From a virus (Duplodnaviria > Caudoviricetes): a DNA stretch of 51,233 nt. The position numbers and the translations under genes are program-made. Under the pieces are notes generated by a model. The model did not search any database, was not told the DNA's origin, and saw only the letters and a program-made list of their open reading frames with translations. Positions 17,966-28,144 of this stretch are shown here, piece by piece (within the stretch, counting starts at the first letter, position 1; each line of letters opens with the position of its first letter). The stretch is taken from positions 1 to 51,233 of the IMG/VR virus record IMGVR_UViG_3300020045_005825. One strand, 5' to 3'.

Positions 17966-20630
17966 TATCAAACATTACTTAGATTTCGGCTCGAGCAGCT
18001 ACGGCAGGATTGAGATTTCCGAGGTGGTTAAATTCGACCAATTCGGTTATCGACTGTTCCAGGACGAGGGGCGTTTTGGGCGCGATAAAACCATTGGCGC
18101 AGAAAAGGCCGATTTGGTATTTTGGAAAGGATATTTCCAACACGCAGAGGCCGAGCGTTTTGGGATATACGGGCAAACTGTTTTTGAATTGACCCATTGC
18201 TTTGATGAACTTGTTGAGACGCGCCGCAAAGGGTTTGAGCAGATTGTTTATTACATCGTTTCCGATGGCGTTACAGAAGTGGTTAACGGCCAGCTGGATT
18301 TCCCAGAGAGCAAGACCGACGAGTTTAGCTATTTCTCGTGCGCTGTGGTGCAGGAATACACAAGGGCGGTTTTGGATCGTAAAGCAAATACCATTATCAA
18401 CACTATGGACTCGGTTGATACTAATGGCGACCCGATTGTTCCGATTGTGAAGCAGAAAGTGTTGATTAAGCCGTTTCCGATTGATGTTAAAAGTGATTGG
18501 AAAACGCAGTCGCCTCTTAATTTACCAGTTGCGTCAATCGGCCCTCAAAGTTATTTCCTTTACAATCCGTCTCAATCATTGGGTAAATATGCGGTTGAAT
18601 ATAGCTATACGCCATTTGATTCTGTACGAAATTCATCGTCTCCCGGCGAGGCGGAGGCTTATATTGCTAATTTTAGATACGTATATGCAAAAACTAAATT
18701 AACAGATGTAACAATTAAAATAAGGAATCTTAATGCCGCGTTAAATATATTTTCTACAAGCGCACCAATTGAAACTTTTTTGATTATAAGGTGGGGAAAC
18801 AGCTTTTTAGCTATTGACAGCTTAGCGGAAGTGCTGGCTTACCATTTGGGCTCATTTACAGAAACATCAGATTTTGATTTTACAATACCTGTGCTCGAGC
18901 AAAATCAATCGCTTTACATTTATTTCCTAACAACAAAAACGTTTGGTTCCGCGGCGTACACTATTGACATTACCTCAATGGACATAGAAATAACCGCAAC
19001 ATCAATTGGTATCGCCTCTGTTTCCGACGCAGCCCGTTACGAATACTTCATATCCAAAGGCGTAGAATCAGCGTGCGGACTACCGATAAACGCGCCCGAC
19101 CTAGTTACAGGAGAATATAAAGACCAATTCGTGTGGACTGGTAACGATATGCGTCAAAAGGCAGAATCATTGCCATTTGTGTGGAAAAACGAAAGCGAGG
19201 ACTTACGCGAAATGGGCGGGGACTGGCAGACGAATACCGATAAGGTGGAAATAGCGAAATTCGAGGACTTCTACCCCGATAATTTCCTAGGCCATTACGG
19301 TGACGTTGCGCCTACCGATTTCGAATATTTGCCATTCAATCCACGCGCAAAGGTTATCAACCTGAATAATTCCTATAAGAACTACGAAAAGGCCGACCAA
19401 TCAGTAGGGACAAATCAGTCATTCCACACCGAACTGCAATTGCTATTCCCAAACAATCAGGTTGAGAATGACATAAAGATACAGGTAAATCATACGCGAG
19501 ACCCGTTGCGTATTGAGAATACCAGGCGCAAGATTATTCTGCAAACCACAGCGCAGGAAACCGATAACGAGATTTTCATTGCGCCGTTCGTACCGATTGC
19601 GCCAGGAACACTCGGAGGCTTCACGGCAGGACTACAACACAATGTTTTGCCTGACGGTCGCGTTCAAATACTCAACCGCGCAGCAAGCGATGACAGTATC
19701 GGAAACTTTGACTGGACTTTGTTAGGATTCGGTTTAGGCAGCACGTTTTACTTTACGATATTCGGGACGCAATACACCTACACCGTATCGGCTCCATTGG
19801 ATAGGAATGTTTTAACACTTACGCCTGTTTCATTGCCTGTATCGGTTTTCATTGGGTTTACGATGACTAAAGTAGAGTATTACTTCACCAATGTATTGTA
19901 CCAAATCCAAACAAAAGAGTATTTCGACCAAGTATTGAACCTTAACCAACAAGGCGAGGGCGCGAATTTGTTATACTCGCAGAAACGAAACTTGTTGCGC
20001 TTGGGTTCGTTGTTACATACGATTTGCATGGATTCACTCAAGTACCCAACTTGTCAAATACAGGTTAAAGGATTCAAGAATAACGGCGCACTCACAACCC
20101 AATACAATGGCGGTGCTGTGATTCGTGAGGACGCACCGATATTAATGACGGACTTACCATTGCCGCGGATCACAACAGGTATGCTTAAGACCCGCGTACC
20201 GATGACAATAGCGCAGGGCAAGGATTTAATCGACCGCGCAACAGCTAGAAACGCAGACGGCACTATTGGCGGGTACATTACAACGCCTGATAAGTCGGGT
20301 AAAGCGGTTGCAGGGTACGTCAAAGAAATGAATATGGTATGGGCACAGGGCTTTATGGAGTTGATGTTAGAAACGAAATACGACCATACACCAACCACAA
20401 TTACCAAAGTCGGCACCGACATACTAATCCAACAAGCAGGATATCCCGCAGTCTCCACAGACGAAGCAAACGGCGGTTGGTTTGAAATACTCAATGGCTA
20501 TTTGGTGGTTTACAGTGCGAGTAGTAAACAATTGATTCGCCCCGTTCCATATCGAACAGTTAGCGTTAATAGTGTGCTGTATGATAATGAGGTGGATTTT
20601 GTTGATGCTTTGGGGGCGTTGTATGTGTAA
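17958..20630 (+). CDS. tail tip/hub structural protein
   Basis: 890 aa, GTG start overlapping tape measure end, beta-rich. Confidence 0.75.
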   Translation: MANIKHYLDFGSSSYGRIEISEVVKFDQFGYRLFQDEGRFGRDKTIGAEKADLVFWKGYFQHAEAERFGIYGQTVFELTHCFDELVETRRKGFEQIVYYIVSDGVTEVVNGQLDFPESKTDEFSYFSCAVVQEYTRAVLDRKANTIINTMDSVDTNGDPIVPIVKQKVLIKPFPIDVKSDWKTQSPLNLPVASIGPQSYFLYNPSQSLGKYAVEYSYTPFDSVRNSSSPGEAEAYIANFRYVYAKTKLTDVTIKIRNLNAALNIFSTSAPIETFLIIRWGNSFLAIDSLAEVLAYHLGSFTETSDFDFTIPVLEQNQSLYIYFLTTKTFGSAAYTIDITSMDIEITATSIGIASVSDAARYEYFISKGVESACGLPINAPDLVTGEYKDQFVWTGNDMRQKAESLPFVWKNESEDLREMGGDWQTNTDKVEIAKFEDFYPDNFLGHYGDVAPTDFEYLPFNPRAKVINLNNSYKNYEKADQSVGTNQSFHTELQLLFPNNQVENDIKIQVNHTRDPLRIENTRRKIILQTTAQETDNEIFIAPFVPIAPGTLGGFTAGLQHNVLPDGRVQILNRAASDDSIGNFDWTLLGFGLGSTFYFTIFGTQYTYTVSAPLDRNVLTLTPVSLPVSVFIGFTMTKVEYYFTNVLYQIQTKEYFDQVLNLNQQGEGANLLYSQKRNLLRLGSLLHTICMDSLKYPTCQIQVKGFKNNGALTTQYNGGAVIREDAPILMTDLPLPRITTGMLKTRVPMTIAQGKDLIDRATARNADGTIGGYITTPDKSGKAVAGYVKEMNMVWAQGFMELMLETKYDHTPTTITKVGTDILIQQAGYPAVSTDEANGGWFEILNGYLVVYSASSKQLIRPVPYRTVSVNSVLYDNEVDFVDALGALYV

Positions 20631-20659
20631 TAGATATTGTTTCTAAATAGTATTCTCCG

Positions 20660-20667
20660 TAGCTTTG
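20660..20667 (+). promoter_or_regulatory. Bacteroidetes -7 promoter box of moron cluster
   Basis: TAGCTTTG with TTG at 20637-20639. Confidence 0.7.
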
Positions 20668-20671
20668 TCAT

Positions 20672-20728
20672 TCGCTACAACTAACAATTTAAAGGGCATC
20701 TTTGTAGCGAGGGTGTCCTTTTACTTTT
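20672..20728 (+). promoter_or_regulatory. structured 5' leader: terminator hairpin with loop complementary to RNA 5' end
   Basis: TCGCTACAA 20672-80 complements TTGTAGCGA 20702-10 in the loop of stem 20691-700/20712-21. Confidence 0.6.
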
Positions 20729-20731
20729 ATT

Positions 20732-21127
20732 ATGGATATAATAACAGCTGCCAGTTCAATAAAGTGCGGGTCAATTCAAATTTGTTTGGATGACGATAAC
20801 GTTTTTTTATTAGAGAAAATACTTAAAAGAGCTTTTCCAAACGGACACCATTTCGATGAACGTGACAAATATTTCAGAAACACACCACAATCGGCAACGC
20901 TAATGGTTAATGGTTGCAAAAAGCCATTTAAAAACTTACAAATAGTAAACACGTCTACAATTCAAGACATTCAACTTTTAAAAGGGGAAAATGTTTTGGT
21001 TCATTTCGGCTGTAATTCTGGTTGGGTAAATGCCAGTTATTCAGGAATATTAAACGGAAAATGGGTTGTTGATATGGGCGGTGGAAGGCTTACGGATTCT
21101 TTTATTGACATTAAACACAATAAGTGA
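20732..21127 (+). CDS. hypothetical protein
   Basis: 131 aa after leader. Confidence 0.65.
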   Translation: MDIITAASSIKCGSIQICLDDDNVFLLEKILKRAFPNGHHFDERDKYFRNTPQSATLMVNGCKKPFKNLQIVNTSTIQDIQLLKGENVLVHFGCNSGWVNASYSGILNGKWVVDMGGGRLTDSFIDIKHNK

Positions 21128-21128
21128 T

Positions 21129-21482
21129 ATGGATGCAAAGGAATTGAGGATTGGGAATATTGTAAAGACCAAGAACGGCAATCTGAAATATTGGGAGGTT
21201 CAAGGTGAAGATTTGTCTTACATTGACGAAGTGCCTATGAATTATGAGCCTATCCCACTAACTGAAAAATGGTTGTTGAAGTTTGGGTTTGATAAACAAG
21301 AACACGAGGCGGGAGTATTTTACGCATTAAGTGAAATATATTTTGACGACAGATTTAAGTTGGCCATTCAGCAAGATTCAGGCTACGATTGGGTGTATGT
21401 AGGACTTGAATTGAAATACGTTCATTCTTTACAGAATATTTTTTTCGCATTGACTGGCGAGGAATTAACTTTAAAATCTTGA
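21129..21482 (+). CDS. conserved Bacteroidetes phage protein (ELRIGN family)
   Basis: Likely start MDAKELRIGN; PIPLTEKWLLKFGF and YVHSLQNIFFALTGEEL motifs. Confidence 0.75.
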   Translation: MDAKELRIGNIVKTKNGNLKYWEVQGEDLSYIDEVPMNYEPIPLTEKWLLKFGFDKQEHEAGVFYALSEIYFDDRFKLAIQQDSGYDWVYVGLELKYVHSLQNIFFALTGEELTLKS

Positions 21483-21484
21483 TT

Positions 21485-21997
21485 ATGAAACCATACGACC
21501 TATTATACAAATCAGGACATATAATTGTTCAAGCTGATTTTAAAGCCGATGAAAGTCAAATTAAAAGTAAAGACTTTTGGTTGAACCTTTGCTTACAAGG
21601 TAAGGCGCAATTCATAACCAACGCGTTTTGCATAGACGAAACTAAAACTACTCGAATCACTCACGTTCAAGTTACTCAAAAGCAAAAGTTTGACACGCTT
21701 ACCATTGATATTAAAAATCCAAAAGGCGTTATCTATATGTATCCTTGCGGTTCGCTAAACCTAGTGCATGACGACGGAGTTTTCAAAGCCTATCCGATTG
21801 AGTTTTATACAGTACTGCCGTTTGAGGGTAACACAGCAACAACTTCCGCGCAGAAAAGAATAATATTTCAAATAAAAAACGATTTCAAGGGCGAAGATTG
21901 TAATTACTATTCATCGAAATTCGATTTTAATCCAAATACGGATATAGACTATTATTTGAAACTTAGAGAACTAAAACCAAACACAGTAGCACCATGA
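21485..21997 (+). CDS. hypothetical protein
   Basis: Likely ATG start MKPYDLL; coupled to next gene. Confidence 0.65.
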   Translation: MKPYDLLYKSGHIIVQADFKADESQIKSKDFWLNLCLQGKAQFITNAFCIDETKTTRITHVQVTQKQKFDTLTIDIKNPKGVIYMYPCGSLNLVHDDGVFKAYPIEFYTVLPFEGNTATTSAQKRIIFQIKNDFKGEDCNYYSSKFDFNPNTDIDYYLKLRELKPNTVAP

Positions 21998-23154
21998 CCC
22001 CCCAACAAGCAATTAAACTATTAAAGAACGGCGAGGCGCAGTTGTATGTGGATTGTGATAGCCCTGCAACTGTAAGCATAATATTCAACAATGTATCAAA
22101 ACCAGACCCTTTTATTCGTGGAAGTTATATGCGAAAAACACTATTAGGATTTGAGGCGTATTTCCTTGATAAAACAGGATTACCAATCATAAAACTTTCC
22201 GAGATTGAAGAACAATGCGAGTGCCGAACTGAAGGAGATGCGCTATATCAATGCGATAATTGTTACGAAAAGGCAGTAAAAGACCACGTTTGCGATTACC
22301 ATTGTGACAATGGCGGCTTTTGTTTGAAACGTAGCGATGAAGCTGTGAAGCGGAATATTCGAGAAGTTAAATCATTGTTGCGACCGAATTACGGCCGAGT
22401 AGAAAAAACAGGCGAGTCAGAATATACTGTTTATTTGACAAACCCATTAAAAGTAGGGGAAACATTTAAACTTGATGAGCTATCAATTGAAAAGCCAAAA
22501 CTTAAAATATCAAAAGAAATGTTAGACTTTGGTAAATCGAATTGGTTTACTGGCGACTTGACTAATTTAGAATCACATATCCAATCACTAAAAACAACCA
22601 CCATGCAAGTAACAAACAACAACGGGGAAATCACCCTAAACGGAATTGTAATCGATAATGAAACCGCTGATAGAATTGTGGAGATAAGGAAGGAGCAGTT
22701 GGGTAAGCCTGTGTTAGAGACGGGGAAGTGGTATAAAGACAAGTACGGTAGGCTGTTTTATCCAACGAAAATACATAACGACCGCTCGTGCGATGCGTAT
22801 GGGTTTGGCTGGATTAAAAAAGAGTTTATTGCCGAAGACCATGGCCTTGTAGGATGGGAAATCAACGGCAGCGAAGTTCCCGCCACCGACCAAGAAGTAA
22901 CCGAAGCGTTGAAAAGCGAGGCGGTTAAGAGGGGACTTCACGAGGGTAGGCATCATTGGCCGGAAAAATCATATTTAGGAATTAGGCAAAGCGTATCAGA
23001 CTTTACTTATGACGATGTTTCTGGATATCCTCGCCTAACAAACTCCAACATGGAAAATGTATTCCAAAGTGGAAAATGGGCTGTTGCCGGATTGCCCACA
23101 TACACCCACGCGGAAATTGAAGCTAAGATTGGGGAGTTTAATTATAAACCTTAA
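21994..23154 (+). CDS. mosaic hypothetical protein with Cys cluster
   Basis: 386 aa; CECR..CDNC..CDYHC; internal start-like site at 22603. Confidence 0.65.
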   Translation: MTPQQAIKLLKNGEAQLYVDCDSPATVSIIFNNVSKPDPFIRGSYMRKTLLGFEAYFLDKTGLPIIKLSEIEEQCECRTEGDALYQCDNCYEKAVKDHVCDYHCDNGGFCLKRSDEAVKRNIREVKSLLRPNYGRVEKTGESEYTVYLTNPLKVGETFKLDELSIEKPKLKISKEMLDFGKSNWFTGDLTNLESHIQSLKTTTMQVTNNNGEITLNGIVIDNETADRIVEIRKEQLGKPVLETGKWYKDKYGRLFYPTKIHNDRSCDAYGFGWIKKEFIAEDHGLVGWEINGSEVPATDQEVTEALKSEAVKRGLHEGRHHWPEKSYLGIRQSVSDFTYDDVSGYPRLTNSNMENVFQSGKWAVAGLPTYTHAEIEAKIGEFNYKP

Positions 23155-23165
23155 ATATATAAATT

Positions 23166-23411
23166 ATGTTAAATCCAAAAACAGCAGCCAAACAATGGCG
23201 CAGAAGATTCAATGCCTCGGGCAAAAGAAAAGAATCAGCGGGATTCAAACCGTACGTTAAAGAGTTCAAAGAGCAAACGCTAAAAGAATCCTATTTACAC
23301 CCTGAAATACTTGCTTTGAAGTTGGCCGGCGAAAGAATGGCATCAAATACAAATCGCTTTTGGCAAGTCGCCAGAAACCGTTATTTCGATGGCCGAGTAG
23401 TCGCCGCGTAA
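23166..23411 (+). CDS. basic hypothetical protein
   Basis: 81 aa before terminator. Confidence 0.6.
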   Translation: MLNPKTAAKQWRRRFNASGKRKESAGFKPYVKEFKEQTLKESYLHPEILALKLAGERMASNTNRFWQVARNRYFDGRVVAA

Positions 23412-23439
23412 TACGATCCCAAAAAACACCACAATTATT

Positions 23440-23473
23440 TAATCCCAACCATCACAAGTTGGGATTATTTTTT
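23440..23473 (+). terminator. intrinsic terminator closing the moron cluster
   Basis: TAATCCCAAC/GTTGGGATTA plus T6. Confidence 0.8.
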
Positions 23474-23474
23474 A

Positions 23475-23482
23475 TATTTTTG
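23475..23482 (+). promoter_or_regulatory. Bacteroidetes -7 promoter box restarting tail genes
   Basis: TATTTTTG just before ATG 23488. Confidence 0.5.
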
Positions 23483-23487
23483 CCTTA

Positions 23488-24687
23488 ATGGTAACAAAGC
23501 GCATAATAGACAACGCATTCATCTTTCTAAAGCCCAGTTTAGAAGAAGTCTACCGCGCCATACAAGACCCTCAAATCGCTACCATACCCCGCTACGACTT
23601 CATTTGCCTTTCACCATACGAGAGATACCGCCAACAATCAAACAGCAGCGTTAACATTCAACTCGGGCAGGATTACGTTGTGCAGCTCGTTGACCATTGC
23701 GGCGTAGTACTCGCCACCGTAACCGATCGTGTATTCATCGAGGAATTCCAAGACAGCACGACTGGTTTAACCAACATTTACTTTGAAATGATAAACCTAC
23801 CCGCGCAGCCTGGTAAAGTTGTTCATTTGAAATTTACCGCGCCAATCCTATCAGCTAAGACCGCGTTCTATTCCAACCCGTTTGTAATTGAGCATAGGCC
23901 GAAAGACACTACCTTATTAGACTATTGGAGCAATGACGTATTCGATGGTGTTGATTATCCAACGACTGGTGCGTTGTTGCGTATCAGGGTGCTTGGGCAC
24001 TTCACGCAGCCAAAGCCACAGGAGCAAGTGCAGGTATACTCTCAAACGTCAGCAAGAGGCTCAGTAAACACGCAAATCGAATCAATAGGCACCGAATTGC
24101 AACCGTGGGCGTTTACTTGCGAGTATATTACCAACCATGGATTAAAAGCGTTCCAGTCATTTAGAAGAACGCCAATCAAGTATATCAACGGTATTCGCTG
24201 CACGTCGATGACCACTTCGTATGAGCCTGTGCTGGGCGCGTCTAACTTCTACCGCGCTGAATGGAGCGCGTTTATGGATGAAACGGAGGAATACACCGAT
24301 ACGCCACAGATTTATACGCCGTTTGCTTTGGTCTCATTGCAACCGACTGGCGTTAGAACATTGGCGGGCGTTGGTTCTACATTAACGGGGATATTCACTT
24401 CGGATATTACGCTCGGAACTGGCACTCTCACTATATACGATGATTCCGATGCGGTTATCGCTACCTTTACTGAAGCGGACGTGGTTGTTGCCGGCGCACA
24501 ATTCACCATAAATATTTCAGGTGTTTTTGTCGCAAATGGGAATTATTATTATAATTTTACGCTGGGGCTGTTTGAAGATATGTTTGGGGATAGTGTGGAG
24601 TTGACAGACGAGAGTCAAGAACTTGCAATAAACGATGGCGACTGGGACGGTTCAGATTTTGATAACGCAGACTGGTTTACAAATTAA
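23488..24687 (+). CDS. tail protein with C-terminal Ig-like (Big_5/SbsA-like) domain
   Basis: FYSNPF, LRIRVLG; C-terminal P...LTGIFTSDITLGTGTLTIY...FED pattern. Confidence 0.7.
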   Translation: MVTKRIIDNAFIFLKPSLEEVYRAIQDPQIATIPRYDFICLSPYERYRQQSNSSVNIQLGQDYVVQLVDHCGVVLATVTDRVFIEEFQDSTTGLTNIYFEMINLPAQPGKVVHLKFTAPILSAKTAFYSNPFVIEHRPKDTTLLDYWSNDVFDGVDYPTTGALLRIRVLGHFTQPKPQEQVQVYSQTSARGSVNTQIESIGTELQPWAFTCEYITNHGLKAFQSFRRTPIKYINGIRCTSMTTSYEPVLGASNFYRAEWSAFMDETEEYTDTPQIYTPFALVSLQPTGVRTLAGVGSTLTGIFTSDITLGTGTLTIYDDSDAVIATFTEADVVVAGAQFTINISGVFVANGNYYYNFTLGLFEDMFGDSVELTDESQELAINDGDWDGSDFDNADWFTN

Positions 24688-24692
24688 ATACT

Positions 24693-25193
24693 ATGAGTAC
24701 AAAAGCACAATTACAGACGCTTATAACCGCTTTCACGAACGGCGGAGCAAATACAGCTGCGGAGTTCAGGACGTTTGAAAACACTTTGTTGGATGAACTT
24801 TACGGAACAACCATCGACGAAACATCGGCAGCACCGTCAATCCTTACGCCAATTAGCGATACCAATTTTCCGTATGATTTATTCATAACTAAAAAAGGCG
24901 GTCAATTAACTATACAGGGTTGGGTTGGGAACAAAACGGGTAATTATGCGCCAAGCGGCCAAGTTTTCGCTACGTTTGACGCTGGCGAGTTTTTGCCAGA
25001 CCAAGACTATACATATAGGGCAGAAGCCATCAACGCCGTTACTCAAGAAAGAATCCGTTTACTTGTGTTTTACAATTCAGTAACAGGCAACATTGAACTG
25101 CGTTTGTCAGGCAGCGCAATGTCTGGCAGCGTTTCGGGTGTGAATAAGCAATACGACATTTATAATGCAATAATCGTTAAAACAGCAGCATAA
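24693..25193 (+). CDS. tail/fibre-associated protein
   Basis: 166 aa beta-rich, coupled gene run. Confidence 0.65.
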   Translation: MSTKAQLQTLITAFTNGGANTAAEFRTFENTLLDELYGTTIDETSAAPSILTPISDTNFPYDLFITKKGGQLTIQGWVGNKTGNYAPSGQVFATFDAGEFLPDQDYTYRAEAINAVTQERIRLLVFYNSVTGNIELRLSGSAMSGSVSGVNKQYDIYNAIIVKTAA

Positions 25194-26092
25194 TGGCTAC
25201 AACCCTACAAATGGTACAATTTCCTCAAATTAGTGCCGAATACAGCAAAAACCTATTGCCATTAGCCGCAAACTTTGAGGGTGAAATAACTTACGCTATT
25301 ACAGCGGGTGACGGCGGTGATTCTATTGTAGAGAACTCTACTTTGGAAAGTTTCGCGGGTCGTAAATCCTTGAGGGTTTTTAGCGATACGGCGTTTTCTT
25401 TAAATTTCAACGGCGGCGCAGCATTTAATCATACCGTTACCGAAGAAACACCCTTGTTTATGGCCTTAGCTATTAAGCACGGTAATTTAGCGGGTGACGA
25501 CCCGAGTTTGCAAGTGCAGGTTTTTACTAACGGGGCGCATACCGAAACGATGGTTGCTTCTATTTTCTACGAAGAACCACATATCGGGGTTTGGAATATT
25601 TCAGCAGGGCAAATACCAGCAAAAGAAATCGGGGACGTTTTGTCTTTTGCTTTTGAATTCATTTCAGGTAATGAGGACAGCGAAATATTTATTGACCGTT
25701 GGAAGTTGGAATATGACAATGCAAATCAAGGGTTGCCTACACGCTACGACTTGGTTGAGTTTGAAGTGCCAACCAATAATGGCGTTTATTTGTTGAATAT
25801 TACGGATGGAACCGCGACGTTTGCAAACGCAGATATAAGCGCAAGTGCTACACTAGATTTTGGATCAATAGCCTCTCACGATTTTGAGGACTTAACTATT
25901 GCACTAACAGGCGTTGTGTTAGGCGATACGATTGATTTAGGAATACCAGAGGCGTCGATGGTTGACCACGTGAATTATATTCCGTTCGTTTCCGATGTTG
26001 ATGAAGTTACGGTTCGCTGCCAGAATGTTGGAGGCGGTTCTGTTAACCCTGCTTCGGGCGTTTTTACCGTTTCTAAGAAAATATTATACTAA
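25193..26092 (+). CDS. putative tail fibre / carbohydrate-binding virion protein
   Basis: CBM-like N-terminal half; C-terminal SATLDFGSIA...TGVVLGD fibre-type domain. Confidence 0.65.
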   Translation: MATTLQMVQFPQISAEYSKNLLPLAANFEGEITYAITAGDGGDSIVENSTLESFAGRKSLRVFSDTAFSLNFNGGAAFNHTVTEETPLFMALAIKHGNLAGDDPSLQVQVFTNGAHTETMVASIFYEEPHIGVWNISAGQIPAKEIGDVLSFAFEFISGNEDSEIFIDRWKLEYDNANQGLPTRYDLVEFEVPTNNGVYLLNITDGTATFANADISASATLDFGSIASHDFEDLTIALTGVVLGDTIDLGIPEASMVDHVNYIPFVSDVDEVTVRCQNVGGGSVNPASGVFTVSKKILY

Positions 26093-26823
26093 TGCCAACA
26101 ACCCTACTCATAGTCAAAAATCAAGGGCAACCGTCGAATTGGAGCCACTACCGCAACAATTCGACCAATGCGCTGCACTTTTCCGCGTTCAGGATTTCTA
26201 TTGAAGCGGGCGATTTCCAGATTGAGAAGATCAATGCGGGAAAGTTGGACAAGGTTCTTTGGAGCAATGTGACGGTAATGGATGATAGTAGCGGGACACC
26301 AGTCACCTACACACCAACGTCACCCATCGACCTCGCTAATATTTTGGAGGGGTTGGGGTATCCGGCTTATAATACGGGCGGATACGAGAACAGATTCCTA
26401 GTCGTTAGAAGCATAAACGATGGGGATATGACTTTTGCGGCGGGTGACGAGAAAAGAAAGTTTTTAGTCACTAAAGGGTCGGGTGACGCTGATGCGGATT
26501 TGACCTTTACAATACCAAGTGGTGTATTCAAAAAAGGCGATGAACTGATGGTTTGGACTATTGGAGAGGGTGTTTCAAGTCTTTCTTACGGCGGCGGTTC
26601 GGTAAGTATTACCAAATTTACAACACAGTATTTCAACGACTTTACAATGGCTAGGATTCTTTGTTTCGATACGGACGTTTTCTGCATCACTTTTGAATCA
26701 GGCAACGCATTATCGGTCGATACGGCCAACGATTTCGCAAATGATGCGGCTGCGGCCGCGGGAGGCATACAAATAGGGCAAGGCTATCACAATAGCGGTG
26801 CCGCAAGGATACGTTTAACATAA
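26092..26823 (+). CDS. tail-associated structural protein
   Basis: C-terminal FANDAAAAAGGIQIGQGYH motif. Confidence 0.65.
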   Translation: MPTTLLIVKNQGQPSNWSHYRNNSTNALHFSAFRISIEAGDFQIEKINAGKLDKVLWSNVTVMDDSSGTPVTYTPTSPIDLANILEGLGYPAYNTGGYENRFLVVRSINDGDMTFAAGDEKRKFLVTKGSGDADADLTFTIPSGVFKKGDELMVWTIGEGVSSLSYGGGSVSITKFTTQYFNDFTMARILCFDTDVFCITFESGNALSVDTANDFANDAAAAAGGIQIGQGYHNSGAARIRLT

Positions 26824-26835
26824 AACAACAACACA

Positions 26836-27453
26836 ATGGCATACAATTTCACGGAATCAGGCAATTACATATATGTATCGGATTCAAACAGACCCGACGC
26901 GAATTACAACGGGGCGAAAAGCAAAGTAACGGGGTTCATTCTCGGAACAACACCCGACCCAGTTGTTAGACTAAATGGGATGCAGTCGGCACCGTCAACT
27001 GATTTACCAAACAATGGTATGTTGCTATCCGAGTGCGAAATCGGAGGCGTTGCAGCTACCGAGGAAACAATGACAACTTTCTTAGAGACGTACACAGGGG
27101 GAAAGTCTAGCGCCGGGGATTCGGCGTTGATTTACGAGGGGTATTTAGTGTCTCAAACAGATACGGACGCGCCAGTAGTTTCTTGGTTGGGTGCCGATGG
27201 CGGAATAACAATGGCTTATGTAACAGAGGGAGGATATGCTTTTCAGAAAACAGGGCTATTTGATTCGGCTAAAGTGTTTTTTGACACAACTCCTTTTGAG
27301 GGGGCAACTACCACCGCTTTATTTGTTTTGATTCCAGACTACGAGTCGCAGTCTCCAGACGGACTATACATTAAATGTCAAAAAATAACAGATGCAACAT
27401 TGCACGACAATGAAGTAAACAACGTCCGATTCAGGATAACAATTAAACAGTAA
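26836..27453 (+). CDS. tail-associated structural protein
   Basis: 205 aa; YLVSQTDTDAP motif. Confidence 0.6.
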   Translation: MAYNFTESGNYIYVSDSNRPDANYNGAKSKVTGFILGTTPDPVVRLNGMQSAPSTDLPNNGMLLSECEIGGVAATEETMTTFLETYTGGKSSAGDSALIYEGYLVSQTDTDAPVVSWLGADGGITMAYVTEGGYAFQKTGLFDSAKVFFDTTPFEGATTTALFVLIPDYESQSPDGLYIKCQKITDATLHDNEVNNVRFRITIKQ

Positions 27454-27472
27454 CTTTAAATTTTTCATAGGT

Positions 27473-27832
27473 ATGAGAAGATTTTTTTACGGTAACATTA
27501 GCCAAGACGGTGACAATTTACCAACGATTACAGGAAGCGGAGATTTTTGCATCACAGTAGAGCAAGCCGCTATTGAAGTGACCGAAAACGTATTTGAAAA
27601 CGTTGCAGGAAGCTTCTTTTTGCGAAGTGACGGTAATTTTGTCGAAGGACAATGTGGTGTTATTTTTCAAACATCACAAGGCGCTTACGGCTATCCTAAC
27701 GGGATTTACACCAACCACGACGACACGCCTAACAGGATCGCTTTTTTCACAGTTGATGAAAATGGGACGCCTCGTAACGAAATTGTAAAAGGCTCCGCTT
27801 TCATCGCATGGACTGATGTAGAAGTAGAGTAA
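27473..27832 (+). CDS. tail-associated protein
   Basis: 119 aa; ISQDGDNLP resembles VSQTDTDAP in the preceding gene. Confidence 0.6.
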   Translation: MRRFFYGNISQDGDNLPTITGSGDFCITVEQAAIEVTENVFENVAGSFFLRSDGNFVEGQCGVIFQTSQGAYGYPNGIYTNHDDTPNRIAFFTVDENGTPRNEIVKGSAFIAWTDVEVE

Positions 27833-27834
27833 AA

Positions 27835-28008
27835 ATGACCCACCGCAACCAACAACGGATAATCTACGCACTGGTGTTCTTGTGCTTTATGTTGATTGCC
27901 GTTGTGAATTGCAAGGGCGATACAAGACTTGACAACCCTTATAAAAACGTAATAGAAAATGGAAATGACATTAAAAAACGCAGTAATCCTGCAAGTGGAC
28001 AAGCCTAA
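27835..28008 (+). CDS. small putative lipoprotein (57 aa, not in ORF track)
   Basis: MTHRNQQRIIYALVFLCFMLIAVVN-CKGD signal/lipobox-like. Confidence 0.45.
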   Translation: MTHRNQQRIIYALVFLCFMLIAVVNCKGDTRLDNPYKNVIENGNDIKKRSNPASGQA

Positions 28009-28144
28009 AGCCGAACTAACCGAGCAGGATAGGTTGGACATTGACGCTCGAGTTGATGAATATTGGGAGAAAAACGATTTAGACGTGGTTGTGATTGATA
28101 GTGACCGAGTATTTATCGGCCAGAACCCCAGAAGTCACCAATGA
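27959..28144 (+). CDS. hypothetical protein
   Basis: 61 aa acidic, ATGA coupling to next gene. Confidence 0.55.
   Translation: MEMTLKNAVILQVDKPKAELTEQDRLDIDARVDEYWEKNDLDVVVIDSDRVFIGQNPRSHQ

Noticed and set aside
10276-20494. Many 60-150 aa antisense or off-frame ORFs inside capsid, tape measure and tail genes
   Set aside because: Shadow ORFs of biased codon usage with no motifs, unlike the nested MTase frame which carries motif IX.
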